64,000 nt of DNA from a virus. The notes under the pieces are model-generated. The model did not search any database, was not told where the DNA came from, and was given only the letters and a program-made list of their open reading frames with translations. Location: IMG/VR virus record IMGVR_UViG_3300008267_012518; one strand, written 5' to 3'. Position 1 is the stretch's first letter. Each line of letters opens with the position of its first letter. The translations under genes and the position numbers were made by a program. Shown one piece after another: positions 20,173 through 28,778 of the stretch.

Positions 20173-20847
20173 GTGATGATCACTACTTTGGAAATCAAAC
20201 AGAAAATAAACAAATTGGATTACCAATTGAAAGAAATATTCGAAAATGTTTACATTCATGAAAAATCAATCGGTAACCAATTTTTCTTCTCTATCAATTG
20301 TAATGGTGACTTTTGGAATTTAAATGAATCAAAAGCTTATCAAAAAGTTGAGGTAAAGATTGTTATCCACAAGTCTGATTTACTCAAAGATCCTATTCAT
20401 TGGTCTTATTCTTCGAACCCTACAAATGAGAATGCTCATTGGGTCGATAAGATTTCCACACTCGATAAATTATCTACAGATGTTCAAGATGTTGTACTAA
20501 ACTGTAGGATGGATGAAAATTACATAAAAAGTTTACCATTTGTCCTTGAGGATTTGAATGAGGATTCTCCAGAGGAGTATGTTGATGGGGATGGTGAATT
20601 TCTAAAAAAGAAAATCCAAAGTATGGGTATCGATATAGATGAAGTTGACCAAGATGATAAAATCAAACTAGAAACCAACTCATTTATGACTACTAAACCC
20701 GAAAAGAAATATTCCTTTTACCACCACAGCGATATAACTATGGCTGATAAGTTTATTCTTGAACAAGAATTGAATAAAATTGATGGAGTTAACTACACCA
20801 TTTTGAAAGAAGGTGTTATAGAAATTAATTTTACTCCAATTCAATAA
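20173..20847 (+). CDS. Hypothetical protein
   Basis: 224 aa; tandem AATATATA at 20137-20151. Confidence 0.6.
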   Translation: MMITTLEIKQKINKLDYQLKEIFENVYIHEKSIGNQFFFSINCNGDFWNLNESKAYQKVEVKIVIHKSDLLKDPIHWSYSSNPTNENAHWVDKISTLDKLSTDVQDVVLNCRMDENYIKSLPFVLEDLNEDSPEEYVDGDGEFLKKKIQSMGIDIDEVDQDDKIKLETNSFMTTKPEKKYSFYHHSDITMADKFILEQELNKIDGVNYTILKEGVIEINFTPIQ

Positions 20848-20901
20848 TTTTTTTGATTTTTGATTTTTTTTGTTCTATCTTTGTAGAAACTTAAATAAGA
20901 T

Positions 20902-22296
20902 ATGAACATCAAGAATATACACGAAAAACTGATGGAGTCAATCCAACAGATGTTGATTGACACTAAAGTAAATCTACCTTACTATGGTAACTTTAACCTC
21001 TTTGTCAATTTTAAAGAAAGAAAGGACATTGATACTTGTGCTGTAAATATGACAGCTAAGGGAATGAATTTCTTTTATAATTCGGAGTTCCTAAATCGTC
21101 TGTCTCAGAAAGAAGTGAATTTTATCACTCTCCATGAAGATTTCCATCTTCTTTGGAACCATCCAAAACGGACTATTACGGGTCAGTATGATCACAAGCT
21201 GGCTAACATCGCCCAAGATATGATTATTAACCATATTATTTGGGAAGATATTCCACATCGGTACGTTGAGATACCGAAAGACGCTGATGGTAAAAATATG
21301 GCGCTCTTTGTACCAAAGGAGTACAACGGTAAACTTATCTTCGAAGAAATTTATGAGTGGTTGCGTGACGAAAAAGAAAAACGTGACAAACAAAAGAAAC
21401 AAAATCAGTGTCAGTCATGTGATGGCACTGGTCAGAAACAAGATGGTGGCCAAGATCCAAGTGACCAAGATGGTCAAGGTCAAGATTGTCCAGATTGTAA
21501 CGGTTCTGGTCAAAAAGATGGTGGTCAAGATGGTAGTGGTTCTTATGGTCCATTCGGTAAAGATCCTAGAAATCAGAATGGTACGTTAGATACCTGGTCT
21601 CTAGATCAAATACTTGATAACTTGGATAAAAATCAAGGTCAATACTTAGACCAACACCTAGGCGATGAAGTTCCCGAAGAAATGAGGGAAGCTATGGTTA
21701 AAGATGCGATGGAAAGATTATCAGCTCGTGGTCTATCTGGTGGTAACATTGAACAAACTCTTGATAAACTTCGTAAGCAAAGAAAAGATTATCTAAAGCA
21801 TATCAAACGAACCGTGTCAAATGTTATGTTCGGTACAACTAAAACGAGGACAATCACTCGTCCAAATCGTCGTGGTATCATCGGTATCAAAGGAAATAAA
21901 AAAATAAAAAATAAAATCAACTGCATACTTGATACAAGTGGTAGTATGGGTGGCACATTCGAGCGTGTATTGTCATACATTTATCGAAATGATATCGAAG
22001 TTAATTTGATCGAAGCTGATACGGAGGTAAAGTGGGTTGAGAATATCAAATCCAAAAAGAAATTAGAGTCAATCAAAATTGCGGGACTTGGTGGAACAAT
22101 GTTGATGCCGGCTGTGAAGTATGTTGAGGATAACTTCAATCAATATAACACACTGATAATCACGGATGGTTATTGTGATAGTCTCGACCTATCAAAACTC
22201 CAAGGCAATGTTTTGATGATTACAATTGGAGTTGAGGTACCAATCACTAAATCAAACGGAAAGGTCAAACAAATTAAAGTAGACCTGGATGACTAA
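20902..22296 (+). CDS. DUF2201-type putative metallopeptidase + VWA-like domain protein (likely MoxR partner)
   Basis: LHEDFH (HExxH), ANIAQDMIIN, ILDTSGSMG, GGT, ITDG; CxxCxGxG pair in a G/Q/D-rich linker. Confidence 0.85.
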   Translation: MNIKNIHEKLMESIQQMLIDTKVNLPYYGNFNLFVNFKERKDIDTCAVNMTAKGMNFFYNSEFLNRLSQKEVNFITLHEDFHLLWNHPKRTITGQYDHKLANIAQDMIINHIIWEDIPHRYVEIPKDADGKNMALFVPKEYNGKLIFEEIYEWLRDEKEKRDKQKKQNQCQSCDGTGQKQDGGQDPSDQDGQGQDCPDCNGSGQKDGGQDGSGSYGPFGKDPRNQNGTLDTWSLDQILDNLDKNQGQYLDQHLGDEVPEEMREAMVKDAMERLSARGLSGGNIEQTLDKLRKQRKDYLKHIKRTVSNVMFGTTKTRTITRPNRRGIIGIKGNKKIKNKINCILDTSGSMGGTFERVLSYIYRNDIEVNLIEADTEVKWVENIKSKKKLESIKIAGLGGTMLMPAVKYVEDNFNQYNTLIITDGYCDSLDLSKLQGNVLMITIGVEVPITKSNGKVKQIKVDLDD

Positions 22297-22804
22297 AACT
22301 ATCAAAGTCAACTATTTTACGATAGTTGACTTTTTCCATTTTAAAAGAGTGTTTATCACCATCGAGAAAATTCATTTTATTTCGGTCTATCTTGAAATTT
22401 GACATAACAGATAAAAATTCTATGATGGATTTTATACCTTCTTCATCAAAATAAAATTTATACTTTGGATCAAATTTGGAATTGTATCCATTATAGTGAC
22501 CTACTTTGATCTCACCATTTTTAAGTACGTCGAATGAAAACATTACATTATCACCATAAGTTATATCACACTTACACTTTTTTGGTTCACTAATAAATTG
22601 AACATCGAACCCAAGATAATCTGGTTCTCCATCTGACAGAACATTGCCAGTTTTGTCTGGTGTGAAGTGGTGATATGTAATAAAAACCTGAGGTGGAGCC
22701 ACAGTACAATCAGATTTCATCAATTCGAATTCACCATTCGATGTAACGATCTTGAGTTTTTGTGGTAAAATGTTTTTTAACGAATTGGAGTCAAATAAAT
22801 TCAT
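22274..22804 (-). CDS. Hypothetical protein
   Basis: 176-aa ORF coupled to the upstream gene. Confidence 0.6.
   Translation of the reverse strand: MNLFDSNSLKNILPQKLKIVTSNGEFELMKSDCTVAPPQVFITYHHFTPDKTGNVLSDGEPDYLGFDVQFISEPKKCKCDITYGDNVMFSFDVLKNGEIKVGHYNGYNSKFDPKYKFYFDEEGIKSIIEFLSVMSNFKIDRNKMNFLDGDKHSFKMEKVNYRKIVDFDSFSHPGLL
22304..22337 (+). terminator. Hairpin where the VWA gene converges with the next gene
   Basis: AAAGTCAACTAT-tttacg-ATAGTTGACTTT followed by T residues. Confidence 0.6.
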
Positions 22805-23049
22805 TGTTCAATTTCTTCTACGTTTTTCAAATCCACATAATAAATACCATTATTTACAGACACAGCAATTTCGTTATTGTCCGTGTCAATACTTACTATT
22901 TTCAAATAATCATCATTATTGTGACTTGGTAAGTCCTTTACTATATTTGATTTTATTCCTTTACGTAATTTTCTAGCGGTTTCAATATTTTCGATATTAA
23001 ACTTACCATCACCATATTCTTCGAATAATTTCAAAAATTTCAAATTCAT
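22801..23049 (-). CDS. Small hypothetical protein with a capsid-targeting-like N-terminus
   Basis: Starts MNLKFLKLFEEY; AATATATA upstream at 23072-23079. Confidence 0.55.
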   Translation of the reverse strand: MNLKFLKLFEEYGDGKFNIENIETARKLRKGIKSNIVKDLPSHNNDDYLKIVSIDTDNNEIAVSVNNGIYYVDLKNVEEIEQ

Positions 23050-23096
23050 TTATTATTTTGATTAGATAATATATATATTTGTAAAACAATTCAATA

Positions 23097-23840
23097 ATGA
23101 GATATTACACAACAATTATAAAAGATAGTACTGGTAAAAATTTTTTGGGAATTGAGTTAGATCACAATTCAGTAAAGCCATTCCTAAACCAACTCCAAGA
23201 GATACTTGGAGATACATTCGATCAATATACAAAACTTCAACAAGAACGTGATAGTGGTAAATATCACATCACCTTGATGAACGTTTCTGAATTCAACCAC
23301 ACATCAAAAGAAATGGGGTTTGATAAATTTACAAATCAACTTCAACATCTATTCAAAGTCGCTTTTGACGATATCAGATTATTGGGGATTGGATCATCAG
23401 AAAAGTCAGGAAATATTGCTTACTATGTTGTTGTGAAGTCTGAATTATTAGATGAGTCAAGAAACACATTTGGATTGAACCCCAAAGATTTTCATATAAC
23501 CCTAGGTTTTAAATGGAAAGATGTTCATGGTGTACCCAAAAACGAAGTTATCAAATTAAATCAAAGTTTTATGATGAAATTGAAATCGTCATATGTAAAG
23601 GAGGGTGGTACATTTGAATTTATCAAGGGTCTAGAAAATTTTGACTACGATTTCTTTAAACAAATCGAACCAATTGAAATAAATGAAACAAATGCTAAAT
23701 TTCGTTGTGGTATGAGCGATTATTTTCAAGTTTCACTAATTGATAATAGATTATCCATAACAGCAAAGTGGCAGGACACAAATAAATTACCAATTTTATC
23801 TAATACATTAGTAGAAAAAAAATTTAAACAAACTCAATAA
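23097..23840 (+). CDS. 2H phosphoesterase (RNA-repair cyclic phosphodiesterase-like)
   Basis: Two HxT motifs: YHITL and FHITLGF. Confidence 0.75.
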   Translation: MRYYTTIIKDSTGKNFLGIELDHNSVKPFLNQLQEILGDTFDQYTKLQQERDSGKYHITLMNVSEFNHTSKEMGFDKFTNQLQHLFKVAFDDIRLLGIGSSEKSGNIAYYVVVKSELLDESRNTFGLNPKDFHITLGFKWKDVHGVPKNEVIKLNQSFMMKLKSSYVKEGGTFEFIKGLENFDYDFFKQIEPIEINETNAKFRCGMSDYFQVSLIDNRLSITAKWQDTNKLPILSNTLVEKKFKQTQ

Positions 23841-23841
23841 A

Positions 23842-24123
23842 ATGCTAAGTAAATATTATAGTCTTGATGAATGTTATTCAAAAGACAAAATTTTTGATTA
23901 TTTGGAAGATCTTCAAAATGAAGAACTGATCGTATTTGAAATTATCGACAGTGATGTTATTAAAATTAAAGACATTGGTCTGAGTGAAAAGCAGATCAAG
24001 GAACTAACAACACTTCTCGATGAAAATGATGTTATAGATTATCCAGATTTTGAAGAGTATGATGATGAAGAGGATGATTATGATGAAGATGGATTTAATC
24101 CAAATGATGATTACTTTTTATAA
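23842..24123 (+). CDS. Highly acidic small protein
   Basis: 93 aa ending FEEYDDEEDDYDEDGFNPNDDYFL. Confidence 0.6.
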   Translation: MLSKYYSLDECYSKDKIFDYLEDLQNEELIVFEIIDSDVIKIKDIGLSEKQIKELTTLLDENDVIDYPDFEEYDDEEDDYDEDGFNPNDDYFL

Positions 24124-24452
24124 TGATAACTATAACTCAACAAGCTAGGGATAAGACTGTTGCACTTCTAATAGAAAAGGGAAACAGTATAGAAACACAC
24201 TTTATTAGAGTTGGTGTTAAGGGTGGTGGTTGCTCAGGACTATCATATGAATTGGATTTTGATTGTGATATCAAACAAGGTGACCAAATATTTGAGAATG
24301 ATGGTTTAAGGATAGTTTGTGATAAAAAAAGTTTATTGTACCTACTCGGTACCGAATTGGATTATTCTGATGGTCTCAAGGGTAAAGGTTTCGAATTCAA
24401 AAATCCGAACGCTCAAAGGGTTTGTTCTTGTGGTGAAAGTTTTTCAGTTTAA
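24123..24452 (+). CDS. iscA: A-type Fe-S cluster carrier (IscA/HesB family)
   Basis: GGGCSGLSY, ELDYSDGL, NPNA, CSCGESF. Confidence 0.93.
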   Translation: MITITQQARDKTVALLIEKGNSIETHFIRVGVKGGGCSGLSYELDFDCDIKQGDQIFENDGLRIVCDKKSLLYLLGTELDYSDGLKGKGFEFKNPNAQRVCSCGESFSV

Positions 24453-24571
24453 TTCAGTATATAGAAATTAGAAACATCCTTTTCGACCTCACACTTTGTG
24501 ATAATTCTATTCATCTCTCAGACATTAAATCTGAGAAATCTGTATTATTTCAAAAAAAAACAAAATATTAC

Positions 24572-24602
24572 TTGACAAGAGGTGATTTTTTTCATACCTT
24601 TG
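24572..24602 (+). promoter_or_regulatory. Candidate strong early promoter, TTGACA-N17-TACCTTTG
   Basis: Same layout as 27523-27553 (TTGACA-N17-TATCTTTG). Confidence 0.75.
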
Positions 24603-24636
24603 TGAAACAAATCCGATAACAAAACACTAACATATT

Positions 24637-25260
24637 ATGGCAACAAAAAATCTCTTCTCTAAAGCTAAGGCTACCGCTCCTAAATCATCTGCTAAGAAAG
24701 ATGAAAAACTACGTATCAATTTGAATGATGCTGATTTCTTCGATAAGATCTCGATGCTTGAGACACTCCAAGATCGTATGAAATCCGATAAAGCACAGGC
24801 AGATATGTTGTCTGATGAAATCAAAGACCTCTCTAAAGAAGAGTGGGTACGTGTCTATGAGAAATCCGGTAAGAATCCTGGTTCCATCTTCGTAGAAACA
24901 ATTCAAGATGGTAAGACAGCTCAAGTAATGTTTGTTCCGAGTGATAAATACATCACACTAAATGCTGACCGCGCTGAGGTTCTGGTTGAGAAATATGGTC
25001 AAGATATTGTTGAAGAAAAAACTACATTCGCATTTGATAATGATATGATTGAGAAATATGGTGAAGTCCTTTCCACTTTGATTATGAATTGTGATGATAT
25101 CTCAGATGATGATAAGGAGAGAATTATCAAAGCTTCTACATCATATAGTGTAGCTAAAGGAACGATTGATAAAATGAAAGATTTTGGCCCGATTTTCGAG
25201 ATAGTCGAGGAAATCAAACCAGTAATCTCACTGAAAAATGTTGAAGTTGTTAAAGGTTAA
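24637..25260 (+). CDS. Hypothetical protein with its own promoter and terminator
   Basis: 207 aa; promoter upstream, terminator downstream. Confidence 0.7.
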   Translation: MATKNLFSKAKATAPKSSAKKDEKLRINLNDADFFDKISMLETLQDRMKSDKAQADMLSDEIKDLSKEEWVRVYEKSGKNPGSIFVETIQDGKTAQVMFVPSDKYITLNADRAEVLVEKYGQDIVEEKTTFAFDNDMIEKYGEVLSTLIMNCDDISDDDKERIIKASTSYSVAKGTIDKMKDFGPIFEIVEEIKPVISLKNVEVVKG

Positions 25261-25262
25261 AA

Positions 25263-25291
25263 AAAAACCCCCACTCATGGTGGGGGTTTTT
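25263..25291. terminator. Bidirectional intrinsic terminator
   Basis: AAAAACCCCCAC-tcatg-GTGGGGGTTTTT between convergent genes. Confidence 0.88.
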
Positions 25292-25294
25292 ATT

Positions 25295-27433
25295 TTATTT
25301 GATACTTATTCTACATCTTTGTATTTCAGATGTTTGTTGATTTTTTGTGAGTATTTGATAAATGCCAGTAGGTAGATTTATTTTTATTTGGTTTTCAACT
25401 CCATATAAATCACCAGATTCCAAAACTTGTCCTACAGAATTTATTAATTTATAACCAACTGGTTTTCCAGTTTTATTTATTATAAACATCTTATCACTTG
25501 CTGGATTTGGCATAATTGAAACATTACCTCCGATTTGTGGTTTAGTACTAGTCGAAGGGTCTAACACATCTGAGTTATTTCTTGGTAAGAGTTTCATATT
25601 TGAAAAACTATAAGTTAAGATACCTCTGATACTGATTAATTGTTGTCCAGGTTGTACAACTATCACGGGGACATTCATCGTCCCATCTGTAGTTGCCCAA
25701 AGTGGTGAATTAACATAACTCACATTTAATGAGGAGAAACTTGAACTAGCTTGGCGACCTGTTAGGATTCTACAACCACTACTCGGATCATTTACATCGT
25801 TACCTACTCTCCACTCACCATTATTTCTCAATTGAGCAGCATCAACATTTGTATCAACTACAAAAAGATCACCAACCGGATTCTGCAATTCAACCAACAT
25901 ACTTTCGTACTTTTCATTGGTCGCGAAATCATAAGTGGTCAATAAATTTGGATTTAATACTGTGGGTGAGGGTGGGGTTTGACCAGTCTGAATGACTTGA
26001 ACATTCGAGATATTACTAAGTCTAGTCAGACCAAAATATTCCTCAACCACTCCAGTAACAGCAACTCTGTCACCAATAGATAGATTGGTGATCAAACTGC
26101 CACCATTGACCCAAATACCGGACCAAGCTAACTCACCATCTTGTTGAATGTAAACATATCCCAAGTTATTATTCTCAGAAGATGCGGTGACTATTCCTCT
26201 CAATGTCAAGGTATCTCCAACATATCCAGATCTACCAATAGGATATGGTGTGTATTGTATATCTCTGATAGTACACCCAACATTACTTATCGTGTAAAAT
26301 AAAGGGACGGATTGACCAGGTACATTTGGTAAAACGGTGGTATTATTAACATTATCTTTAGCTCTAAAATAATACCTAACCAAAGTCCCTACAGGTTGTG
26401 GTGGAATTGAAGCTGAATACCTCGCTCCTAGTGGAGTTGCAGTCAATGCTGTATAATTGGTACCGTCAGTTGAATATAAAACTTCAACAGATGTAACTAG
26501 ACTATCGTCCGTAATGTCAGCAGAGACTATTAATGGGTTCAAGGAATTGGGACAAGGTTGACTTTTTCTCATGTTTCCAATCGATGGTGATGAAGCTCCT
26601 TTAGTATAATGGGTCAGACTAAAAGGGTTTATGTTATAACCTCTATTGTTTGGTGAGGTGTTACTACACCCGTTCTTCCAACCCTCAATTACTCCTTTGA
26701 TAGTTGTATATTGGTCTCCAATGTTGGGTGGTACAAAACCATTTGTTAGTCTTTGTGTTTTAAATCTATCATAAACCCAAATATGATTTTCATTAGCGTC
26801 TTTTACTAAGAGTCTACATCTATCACCACTCAAAGTAACATTGACTACAGTGACATTCGAAATTTCAACAAAATTACCCTCTAATGGTTCACCTGTTATG
26901 ATATGGTTAGCAGGCTGTCCATCACTGTTTAGATTACCATTGAGTTGACCGACAGATACTGGGGAGGATTGTGGTGATGGACCAGGACTGAAACTAATTA
27001 GCGTGACTCCATTATCAACTGGTGTGAGTTGAGTTTCGCCATTATTTGCACCTTGAGAACCTAGAAATTCTGTGACTGTACCAACCACTTCGATAGTATC
27101 TCCTGCAACAAGAGTGTTGATATCAGTTGGTGTTGTAGCTGATGAAGCTCTTACGGTGATATTTCCGAAAGGCGTGGATGGCGTAGCCGTTACATCTCGA
27201 ATCCATATCCATCTGGTTTGTCCAGTAGTTTCATTGAGACCACCTGGTGTTACAACAACAGCCCTTACTTTGACTACTTGATTTAAATAAAGAGGATTTG
27301 GTCCATCTGTACATGAATCTGGTACAAATTGACCAGACCATCCTTGTATTTCTTGTATTGTGACATTTGGTATTTGAGAAAAACCAAATGAAAAAATAAA
27401 AGAAAATAAACAAAAGAGAATATTTTTTTTCAT
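25295..27433 (-). CDS. Secreted OB-fold/Ig-like protein with a type IX secretion (T9SS) C-terminal domain
   Basis: Sec signal MKKNILFCLFSFIFSFGFSQ; two OB-fold-like repeats (TIQEIQG...GDTIEVVGTVTEF; TIRDIQY...GDRVAVTGVVEEY); terminal MPNPAS...LINSVGQ...LPTGIYQI. Confidence 0.75.
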   Translation of the reverse strand: MKKNILFCLFSFIFSFGFSQIPNVTIQEIQGWSGQFVPDSCTDGPNPLYLNQVVKVRAVVVTPGGLNETTGQTRWIWIRDVTATPSTPFGNITVRASSATTPTDINTLVAGDTIEVVGTVTEFLGSQGANNGETQLTPVDNGVTLISFSPGPSPQSSPVSVGQLNGNLNSDGQPANHIITGEPLEGNFVEISNVTVVNVTLSGDRCRLLVKDANENHIWVYDRFKTQRLTNGFVPPNIGDQYTTIKGVIEGWKNGCSNTSPNNRGYNINPFSLTHYTKGASSPSIGNMRKSQPCPNSLNPLIVSADITDDSLVTSVEVLYSTDGTNYTALTATPLGARYSASIPPQPVGTLVRYYFRAKDNVNNTTVLPNVPGQSVPLFYTISNVGCTIRDIQYTPYPIGRSGYVGDTLTLRGIVTASSENNNLGYVYIQQDGELAWSGIWVNGGSLITNLSIGDRVAVTGVVEEYFGLTRLSNISNVQVIQTGQTPPSPTVLNPNLLTTYDFATNEKYESMLVELQNPVGDLFVVDTNVDAAQLRNNGEWRVGNDVNDPSSGCRILTGRQASSSFSSLNVSYVNSPLWATTDGTMNVPVIVVQPGQQLISIRGILTYSFSNMKLLPRNNSDVLDPSTSTKPQIGGNVSIMPNPASDKMFIINKTGKPVGYKLINSVGQVLESGDLYGVENQIKINLPTGIYQILTKNQQTSEIQRCRISIK

Positions 27434-27522
27434 TAATAATTTTTTTTTACAGATTATATTATTACATTTGTGTGTTGTTCAAAGGAAATAAGGATCACAA
27501 AAAAAAAACTTTATAAAATTCC

Positions 27523-27553
27523 TTGACAAGTTCGAAAAAATATACTATCTTTG
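27523..27553 (+). promoter_or_regulatory. Candidate strong early promoter, TTGACA-N17-TATCTTTG
   Basis: The track's TTG start at 27523 is the -35 hexamer itself. Confidence 0.75.
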
Positions 27554-27576
27554 TAAAACAAAATCAAATAAGAAAT

Positions 27577-28725
27577 ATGACAAACTTTATAGACTTATCC
27601 ACCGTAGCAGATTTCAAAGTAATGCCACAAGAAATTCGTGATCGCATTCAAAACCTTTCATCCCGTGAGCGGAAATACTTCCGCACAATGTGGCCAAAGT
27701 CTGGTGTACTCTACATCACTTCTAAGCCAGGTATCGCCAAATCAGCAATCGCTCGTTCAATTGCGGAAAAAATGGGTTTTCGTTATATGGATATGAGACT
27801 TTCTATGAATGATGAAAGTGACTTTAAATTCCCATACCTTCGTGAAGAAAATTACGATGGTAAAGACATCAAGGTAAGTGGTACGGCTGTACCAGAATGG
27901 GCATATGAGGCTAACCAACAACCAACCATCATTCACTTCGAAGAGTTGAATAGAGCACCTCAATTCGTTAGAAACGCAGCTCTTCAAATTCTACTCGAGC
28001 GACAAATCGGAGAATTCAAATTCAACGATGGTGTACTTATGATGGCCTCAGGCAATCTTGGTGATGAAGATGGTACTGATGTTGAAGAGTTCGACAACGC
28101 ACTCAATAACCGACTTATTCATTATAGTCACACACTTAGTACAACAGAGTGGATTGATGGATACGCCAAAGATAATATCCACAGTGTGGTACTGTCTTAC
28201 ATCAAAGCTTACCCTGAGAAGTTGTATCAAAATCCAACCGAAAACACCAAGGCCTTCGCTACACCTCGTTCTTGGACTTTCTTGAGTGACTTTATCATTC
28301 AGAACTTCGGTAAGGAATCAACTCCCCGTGAGTTTATTACAGACTTGATGGAAGTTGCACACGGTTACATCGGTAACGGAGCTCAAAGGTTCATTCAATA
28401 CTGTCAAGAAATGATTAACATCACAATCCAAGACGTGATTGACCGTTACGACAAGATTGAGAAGGAACTTGATAAGTATAATCGTGACAAAAATTCTGAA
28501 CTTATCAACTCTTTGAAAGAGTATGAAATCAAGAAGTTTTCCGATAAACAACTTGATAATGTGACTAAGTTTCTGAAGAGAGTTGGTGAAGATGAACTCA
28601 CAGCATATCTACTACACGTACTCGATAACGTTCCCGACGTTTCGGATCCAAAGGTTAAGAAGTTTATGCAAAGTTTTCGTGATGTGTTGATAAACATCAA
28701 ACGGATTAACAAACCGACCAAATAA
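27577..28725 (+). CDS. MoxR-like AAA+ ATPase
   Basis: Walker A variant SKPGIAKS, Walker B IHFEELNRA, ASGN, ALNNR, TPRSW. Start placed at ATG 27577, downstream of the promoter. Confidence 0.88.
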   Translation: MTNFIDLSTVADFKVMPQEIRDRIQNLSSRERKYFRTMWPKSGVLYITSKPGIAKSAIARSIAEKMGFRYMDMRLSMNDESDFKFPYLREENYDGKDIKVSGTAVPEWAYEANQQPTIIHFEELNRAPQFVRNAALQILLERQIGEFKFNDGVLMMASGNLGDEDGTDVEEFDNALNNRLIHYSHTLSTTEWIDGYAKDNIHSVVLSYIKAYPEKLYQNPTENTKAFATPRSWTFLSDFIIQNFGKESTPREFITDLMEVAHGYIGNGAQRFIQYCQEMINITIQDVIDRYDKIEKELDKYNRDKNSELINSLKEYEIKKFSDKQLDNVTKFLKRVGEDELTAYLLHVLDNVPDVSDPKVKKFMQSFRDVLINIKRINKPTK

Positions 28726-28737
28726 AAATATAATCAC

Positions 28738-28763
28738 ACAAGGTCCTTTCGGACCTTGTTTTT
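28738..28763 (+). terminator. Intrinsic terminator
   Basis: ACAAGGTCC-tttc-GGACCTTGT followed by a T run. Confidence 0.85.
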
Positions 28764-28778
28764 AATTCATTTTAAAAA

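Noticed and set aside
20902-22296. A DnaJ co-chaperone
   Set aside because: It has CxxCxGxG repeats but no J-domain or HPD motif; the protein is DUF2201/VWA-like.
24453-24636. tRNA or ncRNA in the largest intergenic gap
   Set aside because: Only short hairpins (e.g. TCTCAGA-cattaaa-TCTGAGA at 24516-24536) and a promoter; no cloverleaf, T-loop or CCA end. I recognised no tRNA elsewhere either.
27523-27576. N-terminal extension of the AAA ATPase from TTG 27523
   Set aside because: That TTG is the -35 hexamer of a TTGACA-N17-TATCTTTG promoter; ATG 27577 is more plausible.
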